In this document: positions 1 to 11,637 of the stretch, piece after piece | Layout: every line of letters begins with the position of its first letter | How positions within the stretch are numbered: position 1 is the stretch's first letter | Origin: Camelus dromedarius | Taxonomy: Eukaryota | Direction: 5' to 3' | Assembly (NCBI RefSeq): GCF_036321535.1 | Contig: NC_087436.1 | Span: 63,552,001 to 63,616,000, forward strand | DNA length: 64,000 bases | Position numbers and translations under genes: made by a program | The notes under the pieces: model-generated | Seen by the model: the letters and a program-made list of their open reading frames with translations, nothing else | Database searches by the model: none | What the model was told of the DNA's origin: nothing

Positions 1-156
1 AAAATACAGAAGGCCCTAGCTTCCTGATGATATGCTGAGTTTCTGAACGAACCCTCTAAAATGCTTGCTTACACTTCACTGCTAAGTGACAACTACATTA
101 TTTAAGTCACTTTCTGGATACTCTATTACCGGCAGCTGAAAGCATGATAATTGATA
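1..156 (+). mobile_element. MaLR LTR 3' end (MLT1, old subfamily), truncated by the window edge
   Basis: Ends in ttaagtcactttctggatactctattaccggcagctgaaagcatgataattgata, resembling the MLT1 terminal motif ttaagccact…tctgttac…gcagc…aactgataca. Confidence 0.6.
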
Positions 157-387
157 TTACTTCAATATTCTTTAAAAACCAGATGAATGGAAAAGAGGAA
201 ATCTTTAATCAACAAATTAAAATTTTTGTAGGTATATTATTTGAGAATTATAAACGTTTTATTCAGTATACTACTACCATATGGACTGGAAGTACTACAA
301 CATTTCACTATATTGCCTTATTATGTTATATTTTTCCCCCATGGAAATAAGTTTTATTCTGCTGTATTGTAAAGCTGCAAGAGATCA

Positions 388-778
388 GACAGCAGATGCT
401 GTACTGCACTGCCCAGACGACCCCTTCAGATTGAGACATTGATTCCCTCAGCTTCTGGGAGAGCTGCAGGCTAACAGCTCACAGCTATGAATTTCCCTGG
501 CCAGCAGAGCTGCCTCCTCCAAGGATATGCCTTATCTTGAGGGCAACTTGCCTCTGACTATTGAATGCAGAACATCATTGTAAAAAAAAAAAAAAAAAAA
601 AGATACCAACTTCAGTGCTCCCAGGGGAATTCGCTGAAGCTTGTTTCCTTTGTATCAAAGTTCAAATTCTCTCATTTCAATCTCGCCTCTCTCAATCTCT
701 CACAAGTGTTGTTTCTGGGAGTACACTGCAATAATCCAGCTACTTCTTGTTTCTGATTTCTAGGGAATCTGACCTACA
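388..778 (+). mobile_element. 5' LTR of an ERV-L provirus (LTR16-like)
   Basis: Starts agcagatgctgtactgcactgcccaga, contains ggctaacagctcacagct, ends agggaatctgacctaca. Immediately followed by a primer-binding-site-like tggtgccaggagt at 781. Confidence 0.75.
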
Positions 779-3011
779 TTTGGTGCCAGGAGTTACCTTA
801 GGAAGCAGATTCTAAACTGGCTTTTGGAACCTGGATTTCCAGTCAGTCAGCTAGCAATGAAGACCAGCTCACTGGTCAGAGGAGCACTGACGGCCTTTGG
901 CTTGCAGGTGTGTTGAAACTGTGGACGCTCTCACGGGGGACGAATTGGTATGCTACACCTATAAAGGAATGCACTGGCAGATAGAATATCTAAGGTGTTT
1001 GTGAGACTTGGGGGAAAATGTTACTCATAATAACTGTGGAAATTGGTGATTATATTGGAGGGATATATACTATATATATATATATATATATACTTTGGAG
1101 GACAATAAAAGGTGATCACTCACCAACACAAGGTAAAATATGAGGGTGACATGGTCCCCTTGGGAGCTTATTAAAGGGACTACAATCCTGCAACCAGAGA
1201 ACAGAGAAAATGGAAGATCTTGCCCCAGATTTTCTTAGAAGGGTAGTAAAGCTAATCAAATGAGTCTGACTAGGAAGTAGGGAGACCATCAGTTTTGGGA
1301 TAGGAGCCTCAGGATTACTGCACTCAAAGTTTTTGAAAGTCCGGGTTCTTCTGAACCCTCTGGGCTTACAGACGTGACCCACTTCTCTCGCTTAAACTAG
1401 CATTCCCTCCTTCCATTAAGTTGATTCAGAGGCCACTGCCTTAACAGACAATATGCCACTCCCCTCAGGCTCTAGCCTCATCTTTTATCCTGGCCATTTG
1501 ACCAATAAGTCACCACTAGAATTAAGTGGCAATATAATTTGGTCAGGAAAATGTCAGATATGTTAAGAAAGAAAAGTGATTATAACCTAAAAGAAACTCT
1601 TTAACAGGTACCAGCAGAGTAGAGGGAATATGCTTGAGAGCTGACCCTAAGTGTGCTGGATCAAGGAAAGTGGTATATAAAACTGGATAAGTGATACCTT
1701 ATCAATATGGGAGGACTCTCCCACAATATGGGATTTAATGCCCTGATAGGGTCCCAGGAAACTGTGCTAATGCAAATCTAGGGTGGCTCTTGAAAGCAGC
1801 AGTGATTGATGACCTACCCTGTGTAAAGCAGAAATGCCAGAACTGCCTTGACGGAGAGTAAAAGAAGAGATCGTTGGCTTACAGAAGCTAATGTACTAGA
1901 GTAGATACATAGCATAATGTCAGAAAATCCACAAACTGACTAACATCAGTAAGAGAATCCAGAGGACACTCCATTTACTACAGCAATAAGGAATGCTCTA
2001 GGGAGAGCACACCAGCTTTATTGGTAATCACAACAGGGGCTGTCCTCTGTAGGCCAGGGATGAGAGTAGATGATGCTATTACGGAATTGAGTCCCCTAAC
2101 AGTAGGACCCAAGTAAAGGCAAATTGTTGAGCATAAATATTGGCTGAGTGGCCATGTCAGATGGTAGCCAGGGTAGTCTTAGACACAGAGCAATGGAAAT
2201 GATTACTAGTACAGAACAACCCTAGGCACAAAATAGAAAGGCAGCAAAGATGTTACTCATTCTGTAAGAAATCAAGGTTGAATACCAGGAGCTTAGAACA
2301 GCAAATCCTCAAAAAAGTTGGAAGACCTTAGCCAATCAGGCTTGGAACCCATTGACTGAGAGACCAGATTCCCCAAGAACAAGGACCTGCAAGGCTACAG
2401 CAAACATACAAGGTTATAACCTTGCATGCCTTCCCCAATGGGACCTATGATCATTTATCCATATAAAGTGTGAATAGATTAAAAGGAACTTGAGCAGAGA
2501 ATAATACCCTGACATTTCAAGGACAACTGGATACAGGGTCTGAGGTGAAATTGATTCCTTGTGACCAGAATTGTCAGGAGAAGATATATTCCTATTATAC
2601 CATGGGGCCAAGAAAGAATATGTTTGCCATGGAGATGATCCATGGTGTCTTCTGTGGGTATTCCCCTGCCCAGATTTTATCATAAATTGACAAATATAGT
2701 GGATACAGCCTGAAAAAGGCATGATGAGTGAGGGTGGAGAACTTTTAGGGATGAGGGTCTGGATCACCCCACTAGGTAAGTCACCTAAAACCATCAGAGT
2801 TTCTAAACAAAGAATGAGCAGTAGAGAAAAGATGAGATCAGTTGCAGTCCTAAGACTAAATACAGTGAGTGGTTTATAGTTTGTCCTATTAACCTTTCTC
2901 CTGTTAGTTTCCCCAGGAATAGGGAAAAATCAGAATTCCGGAGAATCCCTTCAAAGATGGGATCAGTTGATTACATGAAGCAAATGGTTCTTAGTGGTGC
3001 AAAGGATGAAT
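779..3011 (+). mobile_element. Decayed, internally deleted ERV-L internal region (ERV3-16A3_I-like): PBS, gag, protease and integrase C-terminal remnants
   Basis: PBS-like TGGTGCCAGGAG at 781. About 1655-1750 translates LDQGKWYIKLDK*YLINMGGLSHNMGFNAL, which is ERV-L gag-like. 2521-2559 translates GQLDTGSEVKLIP, the aspartic protease LDTG motif. About 2748-2800 reads GMRVWITPLGKSPKTIRV, like an ERV-L integrase tail. Many stops and frameshifts. Confidence 0.8.
1064..1092. repeat. (TA)n microsatellite
   Basis: tatatactatatatatatatatatatata within the ERV-L internal region. Confidence 0.9.
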
Positions 3012-3356
3012 TACAGTAGATGCTATGGCATTCCTCCCAGATAATCCTTAGGGCTAAGGCATTCACTTTCCCAAAACTGCCTTCCACCAAAGGAAACTGC
3101 CTCACTCGAGGCTCTCTCCTCTTCCCATGGGCAGTTGTCATTTGTGTCCAGTCAATACAGGGGTATGAAATCTAGATCACTTTGTCTAAAACAAGGACAT
3201 CTCAGATTCAGAGCTTCCTGTAGAGCATTACAACCTCCCCTCGTCCCAGTCTCTTCCCTTTTTAGTGGGAATTGATCTGAGAACATCCCCTAGTAAACTA
3301 CAGGCATGCAAGTCTCCATTTCACAGTCTGTTTTCCTGGAAAGACTACTTAAGACA
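3012..3356 (+). mobile_element. 3' LTR of the same ERV-L provirus (LTR16-like)
   Basis: Starts acagtagatgctatggcattcctcccaga, paralleling the 5' LTR start agcagatgctgtactgcactgcccaga. Ends ttcctggaaagactacttaagaca and is preceded by a purine-rich tract. Confidence 0.7.
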
Positions 3357-3849
3357 GAGGTCATTCATTTTTACTTTCAGAATTCTTAGAATATTTTTGG
3401 ACATTCTGTCATACAGTTTTGCTGAGGAAACTCTAAATACCAGAGTTGAAATGCACAAGTCCTTTCAAAGTTATCCATTCAAAACATATTTAAGAAAATC
3501 CAAATAAGATTTTCTTTGACATAGCCAACATCTCCAATAGTTATCAGAGAGCAAGCATTTCCGTATACATTAGCATTAAAATTAGATGCCAGACACCTTT
3601 GGTTATACGTAAGGATTGATTCTGTTGTGAAAGGAGGTCTGATGTATACCCAGGGCCAAGTATACCTACCCAGAATGTCTTGTCTTATAAAAATAAGGTA
3701 GGAAAGGGAGGGGGATGAGGTGCTGCTAGATACATTAGCCTGAGAAGAACAAAGAAAGGATATTTTCACAGCTTGAACTACATTTAGCAGACAGAGGGAG
3801 TTAGGAGATCTGAATTTTACTTCCATTGCCTCTGCCAGAGAGCAGAATC

Positions 3850-4400
3850 TTCAACCTAGAAAAAGTAAGATAGATGTATAATCTGAACAGAAGCTAAAGA
3901 TGATTGAGGAGATAGTAAAAGAAAACTTATATGTTCTTCAGGGAATTCAATCTCCAACCACAGAAACAATTCTACCAGGTCACTGCAAAGAGCTGTAGTG
4001 AGATTGTAAAGGCAATGGTAGTAATTTCTGAGTAATCATGGCTAGCTGGAAATTGTGAAAGAAAAGTATGGGGGAAATGATATTTCAATTTTTGAAAGGG
4101 CAAAAATAATGGAAAAATTTATAACCTAGTGAACCTGGAACTAGGCCAAATCTTCAAATGGATTATTTAAAGAAGAGCCTGTAAATATTTCAAAAGGGAA
4201 GTAGTAATGGCTGGATATCAGAATGCTAGTCTGATATCAATTCATTTATTGATTCATACATTCGAATGCCAGATCAAGTGGACCCCATACATAGAGTATT
4301 TCAGAATTTCAGCAGGACATTAACCAAGTTTCATGGTAATCATACACACAAAATAAATCCATGAGCTAGATGAAGATTGAAATTTCAAATAATAAGAACA
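3850..4400 (+). mobile_element. CR1/L3 LINE reverse-transcriptase fossil
   Basis: Degenerate traces of CR1 ORF2 motifs in the expected order: tttcaatttttgaaagggcaaa (~PIFKKGK), ttataacctagtgaacctg (~YRPVSL), gtatttcagaatttcagcaggacatt (~VYLDFSKAF). Confidence 0.65.
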
Positions 4401-4896
4401 CAATACACTCAGGTCAGCTGGGAGGAACATCCAGATCACTGTGGCTCAAGTTTCTTCCACTGCAAAAAATTAGGACATATTTTTATGTATTTTCCACAAT
4501 GATATACATGGCCCATGTATCACTTTTAAGCATAATAACAAATCGAGAAAAAGACAAAAATTCAGAAGATTTCTATACATTATCAGGATAATATTAACCC
4601 AAATATGAGATTATAAATAATAAGCTAAGTATTTAAGTAGCAATATTCCCTGGTGAGAGCACTGGCTTACTGCTGCTGCTCACATCAAAGAGACTGGGGT
4701 TTCAGCTGATGACTAGAGATAATAAGTAAATCATTAGAAGAAGCATTCCAAAAGGATAATTCACAGGTCTGCCACCTTCATAGTAGGATTATTATCCAAA
4801 TCAAAACAAAGAGAGTCCCAGCTATGGACTTGTGAAAGTGAGTCTTGAATCGTGTGTATGGTTCTGTTATTAAGAGAAAAAGAAAAAAAGAGCACC

Positions 4897-5120
4897 AACA
4901 TTAAACATTTATTGTACACCAAGCACTATATTAAAGTCCTCAGAGCAGCCAATATTTTTTCATTTAATTTTTGTAATAATTATTTGAAGTAGATAAAGTA
5001 TTCTGGTTTTACAGCTGAACAAGCCAAATCTCAAATTGTTTAATAAATTTGGCTAAGCAAACAAAGTTGTATGTGAAAGAAGTAAGATTTAAGCAAAGTT
5101 TGTCAAACTCCAAAACTTTC
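4897..5120 (-). mobile_element. MIR SINE
   Basis: aacatttattg…agcactatatt…tcatttaat…ttttacagctgaacaagcc…gatttaagcaaagtttgtcaaactccaaa follows the reverse MIR consensus. Confidence 0.65.
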
Positions 5121-6993
5121 TAACTTAAGCCCTGATATAAAACTCTTATGTACTGATATAAAACTCTGAATGTCCTTAACAAAGAAACTCAAACCCATGG
5201 AGAGTGTGGCTTTGTAATCTGTAATACCTGACCTCTTAGCACTTCTTTTACTATCATTGTGACTATTGTAACAGAGTCATAATTCTCTTGGTTTGTGTTA
5301 GGATATTTTTTTCTTCACCTGCATGGTTGGTTCTCTCTCTTCTCTCTCTGGCAGAGCTCGCTTGCTTGCTTTCTCTTTCTCTCTCTCTCACTCTCATTAC
5401 CTCCCATGAGTGTGACTTAATGCCAAAATAGTACTTACAGCAAACAGAACTATATGACAAATGCATATGTCCTCCACTGTTTCCAATTCATTAAGATTCA
5501 CACCTAGAGTTTAATGAGTATTGTCATCATATCACATGATTCCTTAAGTAAGCTTATTCTATATATTTTTGATAGCAAATGCTTTGAAACGATTGATAAA
5601 CTGCTTTAGATTCCTTAACATTATTTAATTGCAAATACTTTTACTAAGTGATGTCTTAGGGATTCCTTCTGTAACTTTCTATGTTTATACACACATGTTA
5701 TTTTATAGTTTTTTTAATTTCAGTTTCTAAGATTTATCAGGATCACTATAATACAAAATCCAGCTGAAAGTGATGAGTGAGAATTCTGCAAGACCAAATG
5801 CCTTAACTCCATGCAGACCTTCAGGTTGATAAAGACAATTGAGAATCATTGAAGCAAATAGCCAATAATGACAGAGGTAAACAGGTAGATTTTGAATCTA
5901 CTGGAAAAAATAAATAATATTTATATCACGAGACATTTATTTTTGACATGAGGTCTCTTGACTCATAAGACTGCAGGCTTCAAGCAGGTTACTGCATTTA
6001 TGTTTGACCTCAGTCCATGATGATAGATTCCTGGAATACTTTGAGGTGTTCATTTAGGCCGTGGAATAGAAAGGCCACCAGTCCTTCAGTTTTCGCCTAC
6101 TACCTAGCTTCAGGGTGCCTGACCTACATTGTTCCCCGGTGCTATTCACTGTCTTGCCCTCTGCGTTTAACTAGATATTCCTTCACCGAAGACCCTGAAG
6201 CATTATAACAGCAGCATCTGTTGTCTGGCTGGCTCAAGAGTAACACTTTTCAAAACTTGTGTATTTAAATTCTGCTGCTTGGTAAAAATAATGGACAAAA
6301 TGTTCATTTCTTTACACCATGTTTAGAGAAGCTTCTTATACTTTGATATGGTAGAGAATCTGATTCACAATTAAACTGGCACATAATAAACTAGTACTAA
6401 AATATTTAAATGTTACATTAATGAGTGTCCCAGGTTTTGAGAATATAGTGTAGTGGGTTGTGCCAAGCTATGGACTTTTTATGTTATTATAGCTTCTGAG
6501 TTCCCACAGAGGCAGTGGCTTCATAAACCAGAAAATAACTCAGCTATCAAAATCCTAATCCTCAAGGGATTCACATTTGGAATAGAAAGTTTGTGTTATT
6601 CACTGGAGAAAAGAATTATTAAATGCCTAAGTATAGCATGAAAATGGAATAATTTTCCAGACTTTAAGCATGGACTGTGGTTTTCTTACTGTGGCCTATG
6701 ATTTATTTATTAATGATTTATATTTATGAAGTGAAATAAGATAACTCTAATCTGTTAAATATGAATTTAAGCATTTTCCTTCAATTTGTGAAACTATGAA
6801 GCCAAAGAAGTATCTCACATTGGTTTATTTTAAGAGGAAAAGACAAAAATACTATGAAAATTTATAGTGTTTCTCTGTTGAGAATAGATTCTGATCATTT
6901 TTCCATCCTTAAATACTTCTTGCATTCTGCTGTAAATTGCTTTACTTGATACAAACAGTAATGCTGACTTATTACAACTTGTGCTATACTTAC

Positions 6994-7112
6994 GTTGCTT
7001 GGCTCACTATAGCCTCTGTACATGTTAATGTGCTTAGAAGCGCTGTCACTGACACCACGTAGGAACCATATGTAGTATCTGCTGCAGTGGCACTGCTGGA
7101 AGAGGTTAACAG
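6994..7112 (-). other. Candidate exon (first or internal) of an unidentified minus-strand transcript
   Basis: Strong donor AAC|GTAAGT at 6993 and possible acceptor caacag| at 7113. Non-repetitive, locally GC-richer sequence. Contains aacATG giving MYRGYSEPSN up to the donor. No protein match recognised. Confidence 0.4.
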
Positions 7113-7114
7113 CT

Positions 7115-7139
7115 GTTGCCATGGAGCACAGAAACCAAT
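7115..7139. promoter_or_regulatory. RFX X-box-like motif next to a CCAAT box
   Basis: gttgccatggagc at 7115-7127 (RFX consensus GTTGCCATGGCAAC) and ccaat at 7135-7139, directly upstream of the minus-strand candidate exon. Confidence 0.35.
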
Positions 7140-7329
7140 AGAAATGAAAATCTAGCTTAAGTTATTTGAAAAGTGAAAATTATTACAGTGACGTTAATGA
7201 ATGAGTATACAAACCTAGAATTATATATTGCATTCTCTTTCTCTATATATGTGTATGTGGTTGCCACTCACTATTAATTAATCATCCCAAAACCCAAATT
7301 AATTGAAATACCAATGATATGACTTATCT

Positions 7330-7500
7330 GTGCTAAGCACTTAGTTCTAACAGAACCCTTATGAGGTAGATATTTTTATTATCCATTTTACAGTTTAAAA
7401 GTCTGAAATTAAGAATTTAAGCAATTTTTCCCATGATCAGTCAGCAGGTAAATGGAGTCAAGATGAAAACCAAGGTTGTTGACTTGAGTTTTCCTGTTCT
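7330..7500 (-). mobile_element. MIR SINE
   Basis: gtgctaagcactt…cccttatgaggtagatatttttattatccattttacag…agtcagcaggtaaatggagtcaagatgaaaaccaagg matches the MIR core. Confidence 0.7.
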
Positions 7501-7782
7501 TGAATATGCCCTTATTATATTCTAAACAGAGCCTTTCTTCTTTAAGGAGTCCCATATTTAATCAAATATATCATAAGAATATAAAGAATATGTGTGTATG
7601 TATATGTATATACATATATAGTGTATAAAATAGCTACAGCAAGAAAAAAGCCTCAGGAAGAATGATACAAGTTCTGTGCAAAATAGGGTGATTTAGAATA
7701 TGTCTATAAATAAAATAATACAGAATTTAATCTTCCAAATAAAGCTATGTCACAGTTTTCCCTCATACATTAACTCAAGGAA

Positions 7783-8280
7783 AAAGTATTTATTTGGCAC
7801 CTCATGACATACTTTGGGAACAAATGAGGATAAATCAGATACCAGCCTATCTTCAAAAATCTTATTATAATAAAAGAGATAATGTATTACACGAAGAATA
7901 AGAGCAGAATGTAATAATGAAATGCCAGAAAAAAAGTATAAATAAAACAAATGCTGTGGGAGTTCTAACAGGAGAGACATCGACTTGGAAGATGAGGAAC
8001 AATTTCATTAGAAAAAGAGGAAAAGTACCATTTCCGCTAGCTGTGTGAATATGGACATATCAAAGTGGAAGGAAATGAATAACCACAGAGAAGGAGGCAG
8101 TATTTATATTTAACAAGATGTGTTAAGGAGCAGAGGGGGAGGTAATTTTAAGGAAGTCTGGAAGCTGGGAGGCTGCAAACTTCTATTATTAGCAGGAAAT
8201 CATATGAAGATGTTTTTGTAGGAAACCAGCATGTTCAGAACTGCACATCAGGGCAGCAGTGTGTAACAAGGACCAGGGTG
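7783..8280 (-). mobile_element. L2 LINE 3' fragment
   Basis: tatttatttggcacct…, aaatgctgtgggagttc and gaagatgtttttgtaggaaaccagcatgttcaga are typical of the antisense L2 3' region. Confidence 0.55.
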
Positions 8281-8430
8281 GGAATGTCTAAATCCTACCT
8301 AGTAAATGATGGCTACTTTCATACGTGCAGCCTAGACTTCTAATTTAATGGTAGGTACCATATTGCATAGGCATTTACACATCCCTCTGGTAGAGAACAA
8401 AAGTAGTATTAATTTTGTTGTCATGTAGAG

Positions 8431-8606
8431 CAGAGATCAGCAAACTAGGGTTTATGGGACAAAACCTAGCCTGCCACTTTTTTTCTGTAAAAAAGAAAAA
8501 AAAAAAAAAACAAATACAGCCATGCTCATTCCTTTATGTATCATCTATGGCTGCTTTTACTCTGTAACTGTAGAGTTATATAAATACCACACAGAACTGT
8601 GACCAT
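8431..8606. mobile_element. MER58-like hAT-Charlie DNA transposon fragment
   Basis: cagagatcagcaaacta…cctgccac…aatacagccatgctcattcctttatgtatcatctatggctgcttt…gtagagtt matches MER58A. Confidence 0.75.
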
Positions 8607-9196
8607 ACCAGTGTCTCAGTCAAAAGTGGAAAGATGAATTTCAATCGACTCAGAAAGCATTTTGAATAATAGTTCCAAGAAAATCCTGAGAGAACACATT
8701 TCTTTGTATAAATGAAATACCCCTATGTGTTTATATAAATAAGTATCTCATGTATTTCATTCATTTCATTTGTCTGAATGGCACCCACGGGCATTTATCG
8801 ATCACGGTGTCTACCTGTGATCTACCTATGGAATGTCCTTGTGCTCTTTCTGCATTTGTTTGTTTTATACCTTTTGCAGTATATCTTGTTCTCTTGATTT
8901 CATTGTTCCTGTTTCCCTATGTTGTTAAGTGTTTATTCTTTTATGGAGGGATATAAATGTAGATATAATTATAAATATAGATATATAATTATGAGTGTGA
9001 CAATGGCAATGGATATGGGTATAGACAGATACATATCTTTTCTACTTGAACTCTTAATATGTAAGACATTAGAGATATTTTTTTCAAGACAGTAATTCAC
9101 ACATAGCTAATCTCAGGCATCTCCCCTCCACTCTAGAAGATCATATTCCTTCCTTAGTCATGAAACTTCCAATGGAGTTTTGCTTCTTTTAGAGGT

Positions 9197-10290
9197 TATA
9201 TTAGTTTCCTAGGACTGATGTAATACATTGAAACATAACTAGTGACTTAAAACAACAGACTTCAATCCCATCTCTGTCCCTTTCAGTCCAGGCTGGCAGT
9301 GTTTCTGCTGGTATAAAATTCTCAAAATCCTATTTGTCTTCTGTGAATTTTGAGGCGATCCATGCCATTAGACACTGAGATTCTCCATAGATCCTTTCTG
9401 GATAATTCCATCTTTATTCCTGGCTTCTGCTGAGTTGGTTGCTGGATCCATAAATCACATGCGTAATTACATGTTTAACTGCTACCTTAGTAAATAGTTT
9501 TTCAACTACACACTTGGCCCTGTTACCTATCTGGATGGGCTGAGAATTTTCCAAATCATCAAGTGCTGGTTCCTTTTCACTGAACAGTTCATTATTCAGT
9601 TTATCTCCTTCTTTTCAGAATATACTATAAGCAGAGAGGAGAAATCAGGCTGTACCTTCTAAACCTGGCTTAGAAATCTCCTCAGCTAAATATCCAAGTT
9701 AATTGCTTACAAGTTTTGTCTTCCATTCAACAGCAGAAAACAATCCAGCCAAGTTTTATGCCATTTTCCAACAAGGATGGCCTTTCCTTTGGTTTCCAAT
9801 AGCATAATTTTCATTTCCATCTGAGGCCTCCACATTTGGGTACTTGGTACAGTAGCACCCAGCTTCCCAGTACCAAAATCTGAATTTGTTTCCTCAGTCA
9901 AACTTGGAGGCTTAAAAAAAATCAAAAATCTTTGTCTCACAGTTTTGGAACCTGGAAGTTCAAATCAAGTAGTCAGCAAGGCTATGTTCTCTCTGAAGGC
10001 TAGGGGTGGAGTGGGTGGTGATCCTTCTTTTGTTTCTCCCAGCTTCTGTTAATTATCAGCAATCTTTGGTTTTCCAGTCTGTCTCCATTTTACATGGCCT
10101 TCCTTCTTGGGTGTTGGTGATTCTGTATCCAAATTTCCCTCCTCTTATAAGGACACAATTCATACTGGATTTAGGGCCTATTCTAATCTTAACTTGATTA
10201 CATTTGTCAAGACCCTACTTCCAGATAAGGTCATATTCACAGGTTCCAAGTGGACTTGAAGTTTGCGGGGACATACCTCAATTCAGTATA
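9197..10290 (-). mobile_element. MaLR provirus remnant: MLT1B/C-like LTR (~9881-10290), internal MLT1-int piece and a short second-LTR end (~9197-9260)
   Basis: tattagtttcctaggactg…gtgacttaaaacaacaga. Internal ccagtaccaaaatctg (PBS side). LTR body tctcacagttttgga…cttataaggacac…cttccagataaggtcatattcacaggttcc. Confidence 0.85.
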
Positions 10291-10651
10291 TGGCTTAATA
10301 AAACTATGTTGAGAAACCTATGGAAATTCCTTTTGAAATGGCCTAACTCTAAAATATTTAATTTTCCCAGCAAAAGGATTTAGATGACTCTCTGTTAACA
10401 CTCATTAACCCCTTCACAAAAAAAGACAATTCAGGCTTTATGTAAGTCATAAGTCATGTATGGGTCTTCTCTTTTCTGGAGGAGATCCAAACATGAGGGT
10501 TTAGGAGGCCAGGTCTGAAATATCTTACTATGTGAAAGGAAAAAAAAACTTTTTTTAATGAATAAATTCTCAGGAAAATTGACATCAGCTACAAAAACCT
10601 AAATTCAATCTGAGCTTGGAGGCCATCTGTGCCTCTGAGGGTATCAATTAC

Positions 10652-10936
10652 CTTTTAGACACCAGCTTGATCAAACCAAACAAAAGAATACAAAGCATCC
10701 CAATCTCTCTTCCTCTCTTAAGCCACCTCTTATTGCAGAGGTTGCTTGGCTTCAAGGATTGGTGGACTGTGCCAAGGGTCTTTGTGTAAACATCAGGTTT
10801 TGTTATGGGTCTATATGACAACAGATCTCCTTCCTTTCTAAGTGATTGTGTTGGCATCAGGATATGAGCTGCCTTCATCAGTCACAGATCAAACTCCAAT
10901 ACGAACTGGACTGCACATTCGCTAAAGAGAGACTTC
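10652..10936 (-). other. Candidate 285-nt exon of an unidentified minus-strand transcript
   Basis: Strong acceptor ttcttttcccttcag|G at 10937 and donor AAAAG|GTAATT at 10651. Several CpGs retained. Contains the 76-aa ORF 10648-10878. All three frames have a stop near the 5' end. Confidence 0.35.
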
Positions 10937-11536
10937 CTGAAGGGAAAAGAATTGGCACCTGATGTGCCGGACGGGTTGCCAATACTCTTGTTTTATTTCT
11001 GTGCATCATTTTATGCCATTCCAATATAATGTGTGACTGATCACCCAGAGATTATATTTCCCTTTCAGCACATTCTACCCCAAAGCAAATCCAAGATTGT
11101 CACTCTACATACATTGTGAAACTTAGCTCTGCTAATGCAACAGCAAATTAATAAAAACAGCAAGAACCATTTACAGTTATTAGGTTGCCATTCATCTATT
11201 TAGGTATTTATTCTTTTTTTTTTTCATTAATTGCATGTCTACTACATGCCAGTTATCTCTGCATATGAAAAAGTTAAGAATCTGATTTCATTCTTCTTAA
11301 AACTTAGTTTTAATAAAAAAACAAAATTCTACAGGATTTTTGATGGTTTTTACTCTTGTACATAAAACACTAACATAGTGTTTGATTAATCTACCTTGAA
11401 TAAATAATCTGCAGACACATTCTGCATTCAAGAAGGTTTGGAGTTTCTAGAATGTTAGCACAGACAAACCTCTTGTGGCATACATTTTCAATTTTAAATA
11501 TGCAGGAAACCCTCCACAGAATAGAAAATAATTTAC

Positions 11537-11637
11537 CTTTGTCACCATAATGGTCAGTATAATTTCAAACTTCAGAAGGGTCTACGATATTGCCTATTTT
11601 AATGGAAATTTTCACCAAGAGTAGATAAATCGACATC
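11537..11637 (-). other. Candidate 101-nt exon of an unidentified minus-strand transcript
   Basis: Acceptor ttctgttttattttttgagattcag|G and donor AAG|GTAAAT. Stops in all frames, and a late attATG gives MVTK up to the donor. Confidence 0.4.

Noticed and set aside
781..795. tRNA-like sequence TGGTGCCAGGAG
   Set aside because: It is the retroviral primer-binding site complementary to a tRNA 3' end, not a tRNA gene.
2414..2794. 126-aa minus-strand ORF
   Set aside because: It is antisense to ERV-L protease/integrase remnants and has no recognisable domain.
7040..7096. Possible pre-miRNA hairpin (tgtcactg…cagtggca)
   Set aside because: Only about 8 bp of good pairing, too short and irregular for a pre-miRNA stem.
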